Shown here piece by piece: positions 48,601-61,024 of a DNA stretch of 64,000 nucleotides. Source of the stretch: Enoplolaimus lenunculus (Eukaryota); NCBI GenBank assembly GCA_030248215.1, contig JASANG010001519.1, positions 62,001-126,000 of the forward strand, in the 5' to 3' direction. The notes under the pieces were generated by a model. The model ran no database searches. It was not told the DNA's origin and saw only the letters and a program-made list of their open reading frames with translations. Position 1 is the stretch's first letter. Each line of letters starts with the position of its first letter. The translations under genes were made by a program, and so were the position numbers.

Positions 48601-51600
48601 TTACCGCATTTCAAGACTCAGGTTTGCCTTATACTTGCCGCGCGGCGCCGTGCTTCATTTCAAAATGTTAAGATACGAGCTTTATTTGTGACGAACTGCG
48701 GGGGACGGCGTTGTGCGACACAGAAGAGTTTCTCGAAACCTGTACAATCCGTGGCTGATGTTGTTTTCATTTAACTTAAAATATTACACACGTATTACTA
48801 TACATATATATTCTAGGAAGTTTGATATTGGAGTTTACGTAATTATCACTTCAGTGCAACCATTGCGGGTATATATGCTGACATCTGAAGCTTTGCTCAG
48901 GTAATTTTCATCGTTTATGAGTCAGTATTAAAATAAAGTTTGTATTCTCATTTCATCAGGTTTTCTGCCAATTTTATTTCTTGGCAGTATATCGGTTTTA
49001 TTTAAGTATATCGGTTTTATTTAAGTATATCGGTTTTATTTCAATTTTACATCCATATGTCACGCAATGTTTGTGTCATTTATTTCATTTCCGTTTGTAG
49101 CTTTGCATGTAGTTACAGGTGTAATGTGGACATTTCATGTGTATGTACTTGAAAGATATTAAAGTTTTGTGTGCACTCTTCAGTCAAGCTACAAACGGTT
49201 ATTCGTTTTCGTAAATATAAGTGGAACTGTTTTCAGGTTTTGTCCCAAGGATTATTTGCCGTTTGATCCCAAAGATAAAGACAAATACGTAGTCGGAGAT
49301 GATTATACACCAACGTGGAAAATTCCATCGCTTAGTCGATACTACACTGACACTGATTCTGGCTATAAAACCGCTTTGGACTCTTATATTCGACAAATAG
49401 GTTAGTGTATAGTATTCCCAGTTGTTTGTACAATTTGACAACTGGCCTTGATCCTGAAACTAAATGCAAGCTCTGCGAGAAGGTTTTTAGTACCTACCTA
49501 TCATCGCCTTTTATACCGTATATTTAGGCTTATATATGCAAGTTTTTTCAAATTGTGGTAGTAACTCATGCTATGCTCCGATCTGTTTCTTAGTAAAATA
49601 GCATTTTTGAAAAAAGTAGGTAAGTATATTTTATTTAAGAGGGTAATTTTTTCCAGAAAAAATTATGGCCGGAAAACTATTCTTATAATTTATCGTTACT
49701 TGTTATAAACAACATTGATTCTGTGTTAGGACCTCAAAATAGTGGTATTTTGAGTTCTAAACCAGCCGCTGTCGACATAGATGGGTGAGCAAAGTTTGAA
49801 AGTACAACTTTGCTACCTCTCTAAGCACATAATCTAAAGATGTTAGCCATTAAATCAAAATTACAGTTTGTTAATTTTATAGTGAGAAGTAAGAATAACA
49901 GAATATATAGTACTGCTGAATCTCCCCAGCCCCCGGTTACCCAAAAATGATTGGATTTTAAAATACTAAATTTCACTTTGGATGTGGAATGATCAGAGTA
50001 AGTCATAAAGAAGCTCACTCAACTATGCAAAAGCTTTTACAATTCGGTCGTTTTTGGGTAAACGCCGGCTAGTGGAGTGTATAACAAAAAACCTGGATAG
50101 ATCTCGGCTAAAAGCGTAACAGAAGTCGGGACCCGTTGAAACCCCCACTTGCCGGAACCAGGTGAAACCCACACTTGCCGAGGCCAAAAAGATGCAGATA
50201 TGTAATCAGTTCTTGTAGAATGGTACTGTTTTCATCTTGCTTACATTTTTAGGCAAAGATCCCAGTGTTATTTGGATGCAGATTCAAAATACAATCAGAG
50301 AAGTGATGTTTGCGTCGGAAAGCAACTTTCTTTCTTTGATACACAAATATGCAAATAAAGGAAGGTGAGTTGTTGCGAAAAAGCTTGACACAGATGTGGG
50401 ATGTGGACCGAATTAATAGAGATCTCGCAATGTTTTGCTACATCAGTAATTATTAAATCTTTGGGGCAGTGGTCGCAAGCTATTAATTATGGTTTCTTGC
50501 CGGCCAATAGTTTTGCTCGTGGTTCCTCGGAATGTTAACGGGCCGCAGTCGCAATTATTATAGCGGTTTTTGCAAACTTTCACAGTATGCACCAGTCAGT
50601 TTAAATGTACACAAAATGCGATATTGTGGCTGGATTCCGCTCCGCTTATTCACGTCAAAATCAGAATCATTTTTGCCGAATGCAAACTTGCCGACCTGTT
50701 ATGAGCGTAACTAGAAAACCGTAAATATTCAAAGATACACCAGAGTGCCTCAAAAGAAGGCTCATTATATTTATTAGACTGTTTCAGAAATTTTTTTGAG
50801 CTTAGTCGTTTTGACTTCGTGGTTGACGAACACCTCAACGTTTATTTAATGGAAGTAGGTTGCGTTTTGTGTTGTTCTTGTTGTAAAGTATTTTGCAATT
50901 CCTTCTGAAATTTCGTCCAATATCTTTTGAAACATTTCTGCAATGGAATAGCAAGAGTTGCAACATTTAAAAATAAATACCCGGACTTGGTCCATGATTT
51001 TTCTGGAAGAAAATCTCGCACCCAGATTTAAGTCAGCTGACGTATGTGCTTCGTGAAGCTAAGGCTAGAGCATAACATTTTTAACAGGTTCCTTGACCTT
51101 TAACCGATCATTTACCAAGCAATCTTTGACTTAAAAACCAAAGATACTAAACTTAAGTAAAAATGTCGAATTGATAACTTAAAATGAGACATGTCATATT
51201 ATCTGCATCCCGACCATTCCAACTATTACAAATTAAGCATTTGTAATCGTAACCAGAGTATATCTACGTAGGTTACTTATGTCTCAACGGTGAAGCCTAT
51301 TGACCAACTTTTTCGTTCTGCAGTTTGCTTTTACTTACAACGTACGATAGTGTTGTCTCAAAAGACATGTTGGGAGTGTTTTGTTTCTAATATATTTGAC
51401 ACAATTAGCGTTGCTTTTACAACTATCTGATAAATTCTTTAACCTATTTAATTTAGGTGCCATACAGTTACTATTCCAAGTGTTGGCTTGGGATGTTAAA
51501 ATCATTAAGCTAATTTTATTCCGGGCATTTGCGCGTATTTTGTTATACCCGGACCTGAATCCGGAATGATTTGTTATGAAAACCCGGACCCGAAATATCT

Positions 51601-53394
51601 TGAAGCGAAAACCCGGGCCCGGAATTTTTCGGTGAAAATACCCTGAATACCTGGTCATGGATATAACTGTAGGAATAGCTATCTGTATGTATTTAGCGAG
51701 TCTGTTAACGAATATTGCAAGATTGATTTAGTATATGATTCTCACTTAATAAAAACACATTCATTGATTCTATCGTTAAGGCATTTTGGTTAACATGATA
51801 AATATTTTACAGTTACCACAGCACAAAACCCGAAATGCTTGAACTTTCGACTTGCTTCTAGCGTAAAATTTGTTTCATCCACCTGAATTAATGTTTATCG
51901 GTAAACCGAACTCGTGAAAAAAATTTTCGTTAGACGTTTAAATTCATATACTGCCGAATAATTCTTTATTGCAGCTAAGCTCACTGTTTTGTTGCTTATT
52001 TTTCAGGCCAACATGTCGCCAAATCTGTCATCCGCTCATTTTGCTCAAAACAGATTGCTCTACGAACAAGTCTTATACAATTTGTTTAGCGTTGTTGGTA
52101 TTGCAAATCATGTGTCGAAAATGTCTGCTTTCACTCGGTGTGTGATCTCAAATGGTTATAACACCTGCACCACATACATACAGACAAAATATCAGACAGT
52201 GCCGGTTTAAATCTTTGATTCCCTGACTTCACTTTCATTGCACCAGCTAGCAACATGTGCGGCTAACTACATTAGAGAACGCCGACTTCAAATCACAGCA
52301 AAATATGTATTATTTTCTCGTTACACCTGGAAAGTATTTTTCAGTTTTTGCTACAAAATTAATTATAGTATATGCCGTGCCGTAGTATTGTATGCTGTGC
52401 AAGAATCAGACAATGTCGTGCAATTTTATTTCAGATCGGAAGAAGCAGAAGATATGTTAGTGTCAAGCAAAGATATTAGCGTGTATCATGCCGATTGCGC
52501 TCAAGATAAATGCATTGGATGCAGTCATAACGTAAATTATAAATTCTTTGCATTGAATGGTTGTTGAAAGCTATTGTAAGACATCATAGCATGTTGTCTT
52601 TTTTGCCCAAGTATAGTCGCTTCACAAAATTTCATAGCAATAAGTTAATTTTTTGCAACAGTGCAATTAATTTTTTTATGATCACAAGTGCACAGTGTGC
52701 TACATTATAAAGATATCCAGTCCTATCCTACGCACGCAGTTAAGTAAACCTCCGTTTCGAAAAACTGTGTATAATATGCATAACAGAAATTTTCAGAAAG
52801 TTCTTTGTTTGACGGCAACATTTTTTTAAATTCAATGCATCTCTCTAACTTGGTTATTCAAAAATATCACCATGTTCTGTCGTATCTTTTTAATTTTAAT
52901 GCTGTTAAAGTTTTACTTGAAAAAGGAGCAAAACATAAAGCTCTAAGCGTTCGTTTTTGTTTCAGAAATGTGCTCTATGTCCACATTGTCTGACAACTGC
53001 CCGTGTAACTATGTTGCGTGATGCATACGTGGAACATGTTAATAGATTAAATACAAGACGGGTTATACCTCTGGCATTGGTACGTTGATCAAGTAAAATT
53101 GGTTAGGAGGATATAAACATGTTTTGCGGTTAATGAATTTACGACTGTATCTATATATTCTCGAAATGAATCCTAAACTTTATCGTATATTTTTTGTTCA
53201 GAGCATTTGGCTTACTTCACAACCGCTGTAAAGCACAAGAGTAATATAAGTTTTGTTTTAAGGACCAAAACACGATGCTTACAAACGAAATACATTTTGC
53301 TAAAAACGTTGAAAAACTGTTGACAACAGATGACAAGATTTTAGCCTGGTGGTTTCGAGGAAAGTGTCTTATAGATCCTTCTTGGTGCAACTGA
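45602..53394 (+). CDS. ttll-15: Tubulin-tyrosine-ligase-like ATP-grasp protein, TTLL15 type, with N-terminal hydrophobic anchor (13 exons)
   Basis: Exons 45602-45829, 46681-46842, 47001-47120, 47535-47610, 47985-48054, 48817-48900, 49237-49400, 50253-50364, 50788-50854, 52007-52137, 52435-52531, 52966-53079, 53263-53394. Motifs: WEVLWHHDYPF, VNHIPGSGFYTSKVNL, WVQKSNKHRG, FIQEYIANPMLIDGR|KFDIGVY, FFELSRFDFVVDEHLNVYLME|ANMSPNL, WFRGKCLIDPSWCN*. The symbol rests on the KFDIGVY/MEANMSPNL subfamily signature. Confidence 0.88.
48067..48506. mobile_element. hAT-like MITE just inside a ttll-15 intron
   Basis: CAGGGTGCGG...CACACCCTG; TSD CCAAATAT/CCATATAT (7/8); colinear with 33721-34114. Confidence 0.85.
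48986..49041. repeat. 19-bp tandem repeat x3
   Basis: AGTATATCGGTTTTATTTA repeated three times. Confidence 0.9.
50953..51670. mobile_element. hAT-like MITE (AGAGTTGCAAC family, ACCCGG repeats)
   Basis: Starts AGAGTTGCAACATTTAAAAATAAATACCCGGAC and ends in an ACCCGG-rich arm; relatives at ~34133-34610, ~38941 and a collapsed ~100-bp copy at ~15593-15690. Confidence 0.65.
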
Positions 53395-54269
53395 AACAGA
53401 ACAATTAGTTGCTGGCTTCGACAAAAAGGTGAAAGTGCGGAAGACACTCAAAAACTTTTTAATGTATATATGGTCTCATTAAGCAGTATTGTTTATATTA
53501 CTATTCACATGAATTTACTGGTACGTTTGCTATTCTGTAATGTTTTTTACGAAAACGCTAAATACTAAGACGTCAACAAAAAATAAACTTATTTCGATGT
53601 GTAAAATTTCAGCAAGTCTTCAGAATAGTAGCTTGTTAACAATTTAGGACATATGAGATGCAGCTGATAATGTCATATTTTACACTCAGCGTTTGCAGGT
53701 AATGGAAGGATGTGTTTACCGGACAGCGCTGACCCTGGTTCGACGCATTTCTAGTCGGATTTTTGACGTCGGATTAATTTTCAACTACGTTATTTCAATC
53801 ATCATACACATAACGGTTAATTATAAGTCCCATTAATGGAAATTTGGATTCACATTATTATTTTGTACCAAAAAAGTGACATCAGCAAGAAATAAGTTAA
53901 TGTACCATCTTTTGTGTTTAGCAGTTATGTTTGAAAATTTCTATGCTGTTTCTGTCATCTTCAGCACATACCGTCGATATTGCAATATTGATAGCTATCG
54001 ACTTGTTATGATAATCCGTTATGCATCCTTTTTGGTTTTTATAACAGTGAACTTTTATATTTTTTCACTTTTGTGCACTCAAATATTAATGTTTATCCTC
54101 ATGCATAGTGCTTTTTGTTTCGATCAAACTGTTTTTCATAAACTGAGCTGGAACCGAAAAGTAAAATAACCAGAACTGAATAGTCCAAAATAGCTATGTT
54201 TCTGAAACCCTACTAAGTAAAAAATTTTGCCCCCAAAAAAATTTGCGGCCCCGCGGGCAAATTTTTATA

Positions 54270-54979
54270 TCAGTCGTGGTGGGGCTACTTGTATTGAGCG
54301 AAGCTCGAACACACTTGAGCAATAAAGCTAATATGCAAATTAGTTATTAGCTAACTATTTATCGGTGTGAAGGTTTGTAAACAATTTATTCAGATTCCTC
54401 GATCCCAAAAACCTTTAAGGAACCCTAATAATTAGTGAAATAATTTGAAAAAGTCATTATTTAGGCTTATCAATTAAGCAAATATGCCCCAAAAACCCTT
54501 TAATGCTGACATTAGATTGCTTTTAACCCTAATCATTAATGAAATAATGTAAAAGATCCTTAGGCTTCTAAATCATGCTTATATGCAAATTATCTATTAG
54601 CTAACAATTCAATTATCGGATTTGGAGGTTTGTAAACAATTTATTCAGATTGCTCATATCCAAAAATCCTTTAGTGGTGAAATGAGATTGCTTATGGCTG
54701 TAATAATTAGCGAAATAATATAGAAAGTCCTAATTTAGGCCTAACTAATTATGCAAATTAGCCTGTAGCTAATAAACGACTTAAAATTTTAAAACCCCAA
54801 TGCGAGATTGACACCCCAGGATAATTAGCTTTCAAGCAAAAAAGTTCATCAAAATCGGTTAAGCGGTTCCTGAGATTCTTTTCGGACGGACAGACGGACG
54901 TACATCCACCTTTCGACACCAGCGTACAAAACATAAAACGCTTCGCGAAACTCCGAGCTTCGCTCAAAGTTTCGCTCAA
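54270..54979 (-). mobile_element. Near-complete DINE-1/Helentron-like element
   Basis: 3' hairpin and subTIR at 54271-54304, tandem units, GGACGGACAGACGGAC, and 5' subTIR pair GCTTCGCTCAAAGTTTCGCTCAA; truncated relatives at ~29470-29600, 35153-35350 and 57441-57670. Confidence 0.82.
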
Positions 54980-55149
54980 CATCCTAACGTGTGTCTCTCA
55001 ATTTAGCGTGGTAATATCTGCATCCAGCATTCATACCTTGTCGGGCGAGAAAAACAAATATCATTCGACGAAGCTTTGTCATTGTATGAATGTGTTTTAC
55101 AGGTGCTTGAAGAATTTTAGAACATTTTGCTGTTCCTGTAAATTGTGTA

Positions 55150-55493
55150 CTCTCTAAAAACTTAAACTTAAATTATAGCGTAACTAAACTTGAATATCAG
55201 TTTATGTAAAACTTAAATGGCTGGACGGACTAACTAAACTAGAATTTTAAGTTTTACTTTAACTAACGCATTTTTAAGTTTATCACGAGTTTAAAAAAAC
55301 TTACTTTTAGATTAAGTAACAGGAGCAGCCGTGTATCTAAGAGTTCAAGAAGTTTAGCTTAAACTGAATATATGTAAGATTTCAAATGAGTTTAAGCCTA
55401 AACCTACCTATTAGTTTAGTTAATCTAAAAAGTTAGTTTAATACTGGTGGATTAGCATAAGCTTAAATCAAGTAAGTTTAAGCTTTTAGGGAG
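55150..55493. mobile_element. TA-flanked MITE with AAACTT/AAGTTT subterminal repeats
   Basis: TA-CTCTCTAAAAACTTAAACTT...AAGTTTAAGCTTTTAGGGAG-TA. Confidence 0.65.
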
Positions 55494-55756
55494 TAGATTC
55501 AGGCATTATTATGTATATAAGTACTGCGATTAGTATTAACTGACATGTGCCAATTTTATTGAGCATTTTAGACTCGTGTTACAGCTATTGTTTGTTATAA
55601 TATATACCTGCTTTGTGCAACTTTGTCTGTCACAGAACTGATTTGTATGTGTTAAAATAATTTATTTTTCGGTGTATTTTTAGTGTCCGCAAGGTTTTTG
55701 TTGGCTTAAAACCTAATACATACAAATATTGTGATGCAACTAATGTAATGTTTGTA

Positions 55757-55974
55757 CACTGTAAAAAATGGGGAGTCAAATTGACTCTGTCGGAAATAGG
55801 CTTTTCCTGACTACACAAACTGAGTCAAACTTGACTCCGCCAGAGTCAAATTGGACTCACCGATCGATTCCGTGAATCGAATTTGACTCTGACGGAGTCA
55901 AATTTGACTCAATTTGTGTAGTCAGGAAAAGCCTATTTCCGAGAGAGTCAATTTGACGCCCCATTTTTACAGTG
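55757..55974. mobile_element. Fold-back MITE with CACTG termini (CMC/EnSpm-like), TA flanks
   Basis: Near-perfect 218-bp palindrome CACTGTAAAAAATGGGGAGTCAAATTGACTC...; relatives at ~57680-57812, 58921-59111 and 60885-61024. Confidence 0.88.
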
Positions 55975-56405
55975 TAATTGAAATGCGTATACGAAGATGC
56001 CAAAGTTAATTCTAAAAATTACAGTTGTGATTTCAGTTGATCAGTACCTTCTCGGTGAAAAATTTCACATTAATACTTGCATTGTGTAGACTGGAAATAT
56101 TGGGTTTTTTATCGGAACCTGAGCTTTTGTTGCATTTTATATCGTTCGAATTTCTATATTTTCCTACTTGGAGGGGCTGTTGCGTATGTACGGTGAAATA
56201 TAGGCCGTCATGAAGAAAGAGGCTAAAATAACCGTTTAATCTGTGATTCCGTTCAGTATTGATTTTCGTCTTTTATTGTAGTTGTTTTTTCATAAATTTG
56301 TACAATCTATGCATGTGATGTATTGTAATTTTGTTTCAGTGATTACCTTTCAAAAACCATAGGCATTGAATTAGACACGTATAAGGTTGAATAGTTTTTC
56401 AAATG

Positions 56406-56431
56406 TAGTAGTAGTAGTAGTAGTAGTAGTC
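56406..56431. repeat. (GTA)n microsatellite
   Basis: About eight GTA units. Confidence 0.9.
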
Positions 56432-56838
56432 TGTATAAAGTATTTGTTGACTTTAGCCGTTGTAAACAACAGGACGTGTCTGCTAAGTATAAGCGTAAAC
56501 CTAAAATTAAACGAAAGTTTAGCCTATACTAAGTATAAATATAAGGGTGATCCTAAGCCTAAGGTTCGAAGTCTCTACGTCTCTCTGTTCTCCTGTCTTC
56601 CCGTGGTACGTCTCTATTCTTCACATTGGCCACATTACTAACGAATGGAACTCTTGCGTAATTTTTCACGATTTTATAAGAGAAATGTATATATACTCTG
56701 ATGTTTATCTGTGTATGTTTTAAACGAGAATATTTTCTATTAATTTATTATTTGTATGATTATTGCTGAAGTAAATAGACGGATTGTTGCTTGAACCGAT
56801 TTTATACCAATGTTTTGCAAATCGGGGACTATTAATGT

Positions 56839-57168
56839 CAGGGTGCAACCGGAGGTGAAAATTGCCGGAGCCGGAGGTCAACAAAATTTGCCGGAGCCGG
56901 ATCCGTAGGTGAGGCGAAATAAGGAAGTAAAAATAATGGTTAAGCAGTTAATTTTAGCTAATATCTGCAATATGCTGTTAAATTGTTTGGTTTTACGCAA
57001 ATTTTCTGCGAAATTTCGGAAATTCTTGAAAATTGTGACAGAAGTAAAACGAAACGCGCTTTTAAACAGATAAATTTAGCAAAATTATGCATAATTTTAC
57101 TACCGAAATTGCCGGAGCCTCCGGCAAAATTCTGCCGGAGCCGGAGGCAGACCTCCGATTATACCCTG
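56839..57168. mobile_element. hAT-like MITE (GCCGGA subfamily)
   Basis: CAGGGTGCAACCGGAGG...CCTCCGATTATACCCTG; relatives at ~57868-58050, ~59139-59635 (split by another MITE) and ~12030-12121. Confidence 0.78.
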
Positions 57169-58920
57169 ATTATTATATATCTAAGTACCATTGCCATTTA
57201 AAAGGTGCTTGCGTCGTTCAATGCTTGTTTTACGCGACTTGCTGTGCTTACATCAATTAGAGAGTACACTGATGTATATATTCATTTTGTATCCCCGATG
57301 TCACTCCTTCCATATTACCAAACTTTAATAGGAAAAAATAGACTCGTATACTGATTTGGGCTCAGAACTGAAGCCCCTCTTGTAATATTGGTGTTGTTAC
57401 ATCATGAATATTTTGTGGCAGCAACTGTGCTAACTACTTTACTAAGCGAAACTCCGAGCTGGGAGTTTCGCGAAGCGTTTTATATTTTGTGCTCGGGGTT
57501 CGAAAGGTGGATGTCCGTCCGTCCGAAAAGATTCTCAGGAACCGATTTTGATAAACTGTTTCGTTTGCAAGCCTGTTATCCTGGGGTGTTAATCTCGCAT
57601 TGGTGTGTTTAATTTTTAAGCGGTTTATTAGCTACTGGCTAATTTGCATAATTGGTTAAGCCTAAATTGTGACTACGCCAGTCAAATTCGACTTAGCGGA
57701 GTCACTCTTTGAGTAGAATTTGACTCAGACGGAGTCGAATTTGACTCAGTTTGTGTGGTCCGGATAAGCCTATTTGGGGGAGAGTCAGTTTGACTCACCA
57801 TTTTTTCCAGTGTACAAACTATCACATTTAATTTAATTTTATGGTTCAAAATACAATACGCTATCATGCAGGTCGAAACTGGAGGTGTGAAAAATACCAG
57901 AGTCGAAGGTCAATTAATTTTGCCGGAGCCGAAAATATTGCTAAATTATACAGGCGGTTAACATGATATGTGCCAAAACTTTTCGGCAGAAATTTTACCG
58001 GAGCTGGAACTCGATTTTCTGCCGGATGCAGACCTCCGGTTGTATACAGTGCATATGGCGAGAAGCAAACATTTATCCTGGTTATTTTATATTTTCTGTC
58101 TCATAGTAGAAAACAGAAATCCGTTAGGTTTTTAATGTTTCTTTTATATAAAGCTTTTATAATATTTAAACAAAAATTTTGATTTTAACAGTGCAAAAAC
58201 ATATCTGCCACTGTAAATCCTGGTGACTGTAGGCCCATGTAAAAGATCGTTTTTCTGTGGGACTGGAATAGAGTAAGCTTAATCTTTAGACATAATTATT
58301 TCGCGTGGTTTACGCTTTAGATTTAGGATTAGGAATATGCTTATATTAATGCTGTTCTGCACCTGTTCTTTTACATTGACCGACTGTTATTGGGAATGTC
58401 TACAGTGGCCGATTATTTCTTTAATACAATTTATACATTTACATTTGCCACTAAAAATTATATATAATACTGTTAAATAGTTGGTTAATTTTACACAAGC
58501 ACTTTCCGGATATCCGGCCATTCGTAAACTATAAGTATACTTTTGTTAAGATTTTTAAAATAAAAAATCTAAAATATTTTATGTTTAAAAATAAATTAAT
58601 AGTTGCGCAACGCAAAACTTTTACTCGCAGACCAGGTTATAACCAAAATAATTTGCATCATTTGTAGAATTTGCAAAAAAGTTGAAATAAAAACCTTAAA
58701 GTTTGTTTACAATTGATTATTATTTCAACACATGCAAAAGTGTTATTGTACAAACTATTGGGGCTGTATGCTTGAAACTTTTGTGTCGTATGGAAGTGAG
58801 GAGTCCAATCGTTTTACCTACGCAAAGATCAAAGGTGGACCGTTCTTCCGCAGGACTGTAATAGTGTAAACTTATACTTCCATATCCGTGTTCCATTTCC
58901 GTTACCATGATCGTTATCAG

Positions 58921-59111
58921 CACTGCAAAAAATGGCGAGTCGAATTGTGGGTACTACACAAACTGCGTCAAATTCAACTGCGCCAGAGTCAAACATGCGA
59001 CTTAGTATGAGTCGAACTTTGGCTCTGGTGGAGTCAAATTTGACTCAGTTTGTGTAGCCCGGAAAAGCCTATTTCGGAGAGTGTCAATTTGACTCACCAT
59101 TTTTTGCAGTG
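58921..59111. mobile_element. CACTG fold-back MITE copy
   Basis: CACTGCAAAAAATGG...CCATTTTTTGCAGTG with GAGTCAAATTTGACTC units. Confidence 0.8.
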
Positions 59112-59338
59112 CATAAGCCCGCCGTGTTCTGTTCGCGATAGGGTGCAGCCGGAGGTAAAAAATCGAAGCCGCAGTTTAGCAAATTTCGCCGGATCCGTAG
59201 GCGGAGGTGAAGCGAAATTATGTCATAAAAACGTGTTGAATTTGAAAATTCTTTTACAAGTTTGCGATTTAAAGCTTTCAAAATTTGCAAAAAAATTGAA
59301 ACCAACTTGTTGCAGGACAGAATGATTATTATACAATA

Positions 59339-59526
59339 CTGTAGTGACCCGAATAAGAGGTGGGACTGATATTTATTTGGCCTATCCAGATGGTACCCCC
59401 CTGTTATTCAGTTACTGACTTTTATGCGCTACAGAAGGGATATATAATTGACATTTATGGGTACTAACTTAGGTTTAGGGGCTCTATCCGTTTACGGACT
59501 CTTCCCTCTTATTCGGGTCAGTACAG
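59339..59526. mobile_element. Tc1/mariner-pogo-like MITE, TA TSD
   Basis: TA-CTGTAGTGACCCGAATAAGAGG...CCTCTTATTCGGGTCAGTACAG-TA (22-bp TIR, one mismatch). Confidence 0.85.
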
Positions 59527-60125
59527 TAAGTACGAAAAAATCACCGAAAATGTAAAAACTTCCGCCAAAAAATTTACGAGCCACAAACGAATATCGATTT
59601 TTGTCAGAGCCGGAGGCACCTTCGATTAAAACATGATTTGTTTTAGTTTTCATTACCAAATTCGTGCACTGTAAATTCCGAGATGAGTCGATTAATCAAA
59701 TCAGATATTGAATTAGTCATTTCAGGTTATTTCTGAGTTAACATGACAACATCGACTCACTCCGAACTGATTTAATTCTGGTTGAATTGATTAATTACAT
59801 CAGAATGACTTCACAATCAATTTATAACTCTGAGTTCTCAAAGACCTAATTCAGAGCTCAGACTTCTGAGTGGATTCAACTCATTCTTATACGTTGTTCG
59901 TTATGTCTAATATATACAGTTATAGACTTAAAGGTCGCTTAAAATCAACTCAGTTTTCCAATACAAGGTTTGTACGAATTATGACCTAAAAAATACAATC
60001 AACAAATTTATCTTAATTTAGCGTTTCCTCCGGCTCCAGTTTCGGTTTCAGCAAAATTTGTTAACCTCAAGACTCCGGTTTTTTCACCGCATGGGCATAA
60101 AAACAGCATATGCCATTCCGCAGTT

Positions 60126-60280
60126 GTACTCGGAGTATTGGGCTCGGCACACCTGGGCTCTGGGCAACGATGGGCCCTTATCAAAAATAGCCGTTTCTGC
60201 TCAATTCCGACGCTAACGGCAATCAGGGCTGCTTCGGTTTGCTCGGCCCTCAAAGGAGCACCCACCCAACCGGTTTAAAC
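60126..60280. ncRNA. Candidate small structured RNA, unclassified
   Basis: GC-rich island of consecutive hairpins; see findings. Confidence 0.3.
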
Positions 60281-60884
60281 AAAACCCGCCGACGTTTTGA
60301 AATGCGTCCGGTTTCACGTTCGCTTCGCTTGTGTGTTTTTGAAACTATTCTACATTGCCGTCATTTCACACACAATAAACCTTAAAACAAACCACGAGGT
60401 TGCTAAATATGAACAAAATTGTCTCGTTCGCTACACTCACTGGCCTTCAAAGCTTATAAGGCAAATGTAAATTCAGTTAAAATGAAATATTCAAGAACGG
60501 TAATTCGAGTAAAAAGTGCTTGCCGTGTGCTGTTTCCCTAGGTTGGAGCATATGAAGATTGTATTAACTTTTATTTAAAATATTTTACCAGTTCAGCTAC
60601 TATAACAGAACATGTCAAAAAAAATTTCTCGCTGCTGCGAAAACTGTGATTCGTTTTACAACTGGGCTCACTTTTTAGATCCACCATTTTGCAACGTTTC
60701 GATGAAACTGTTTTTTCGAACGGCGACAACCTCACTCAGATGAAACACCGCGAAATTGTTTTGTTACTTGTTTAAATCTCTCGTAGTAGACGTTGCTACG
60801 TTTGCATGTGTCGTTTTATGCATGACACCCACCAATCGCCCCACCAAAGGCTAAAGGGACGCCGCCATAATGCAAAAATTGCTA

Positions 60885-61024
60885 CACTGCAAAAAATATT
60901 GAGTCAAACTGACTCTCTCAGAAACAGGCTCTACGAGACTACACAAACTGAGTCAAATTTGACTCCGCCAGAGCCAAACTTGTGACACAGTGAGTCAAAT
61001 GTGATCTCACCATTTTTTGCACTG
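60885..61024. mobile_element. CACTG fold-back MITE, internally deleted
   Basis: Same termini and GAGTCAAA units as 55757-55974. Confidence 0.75.
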
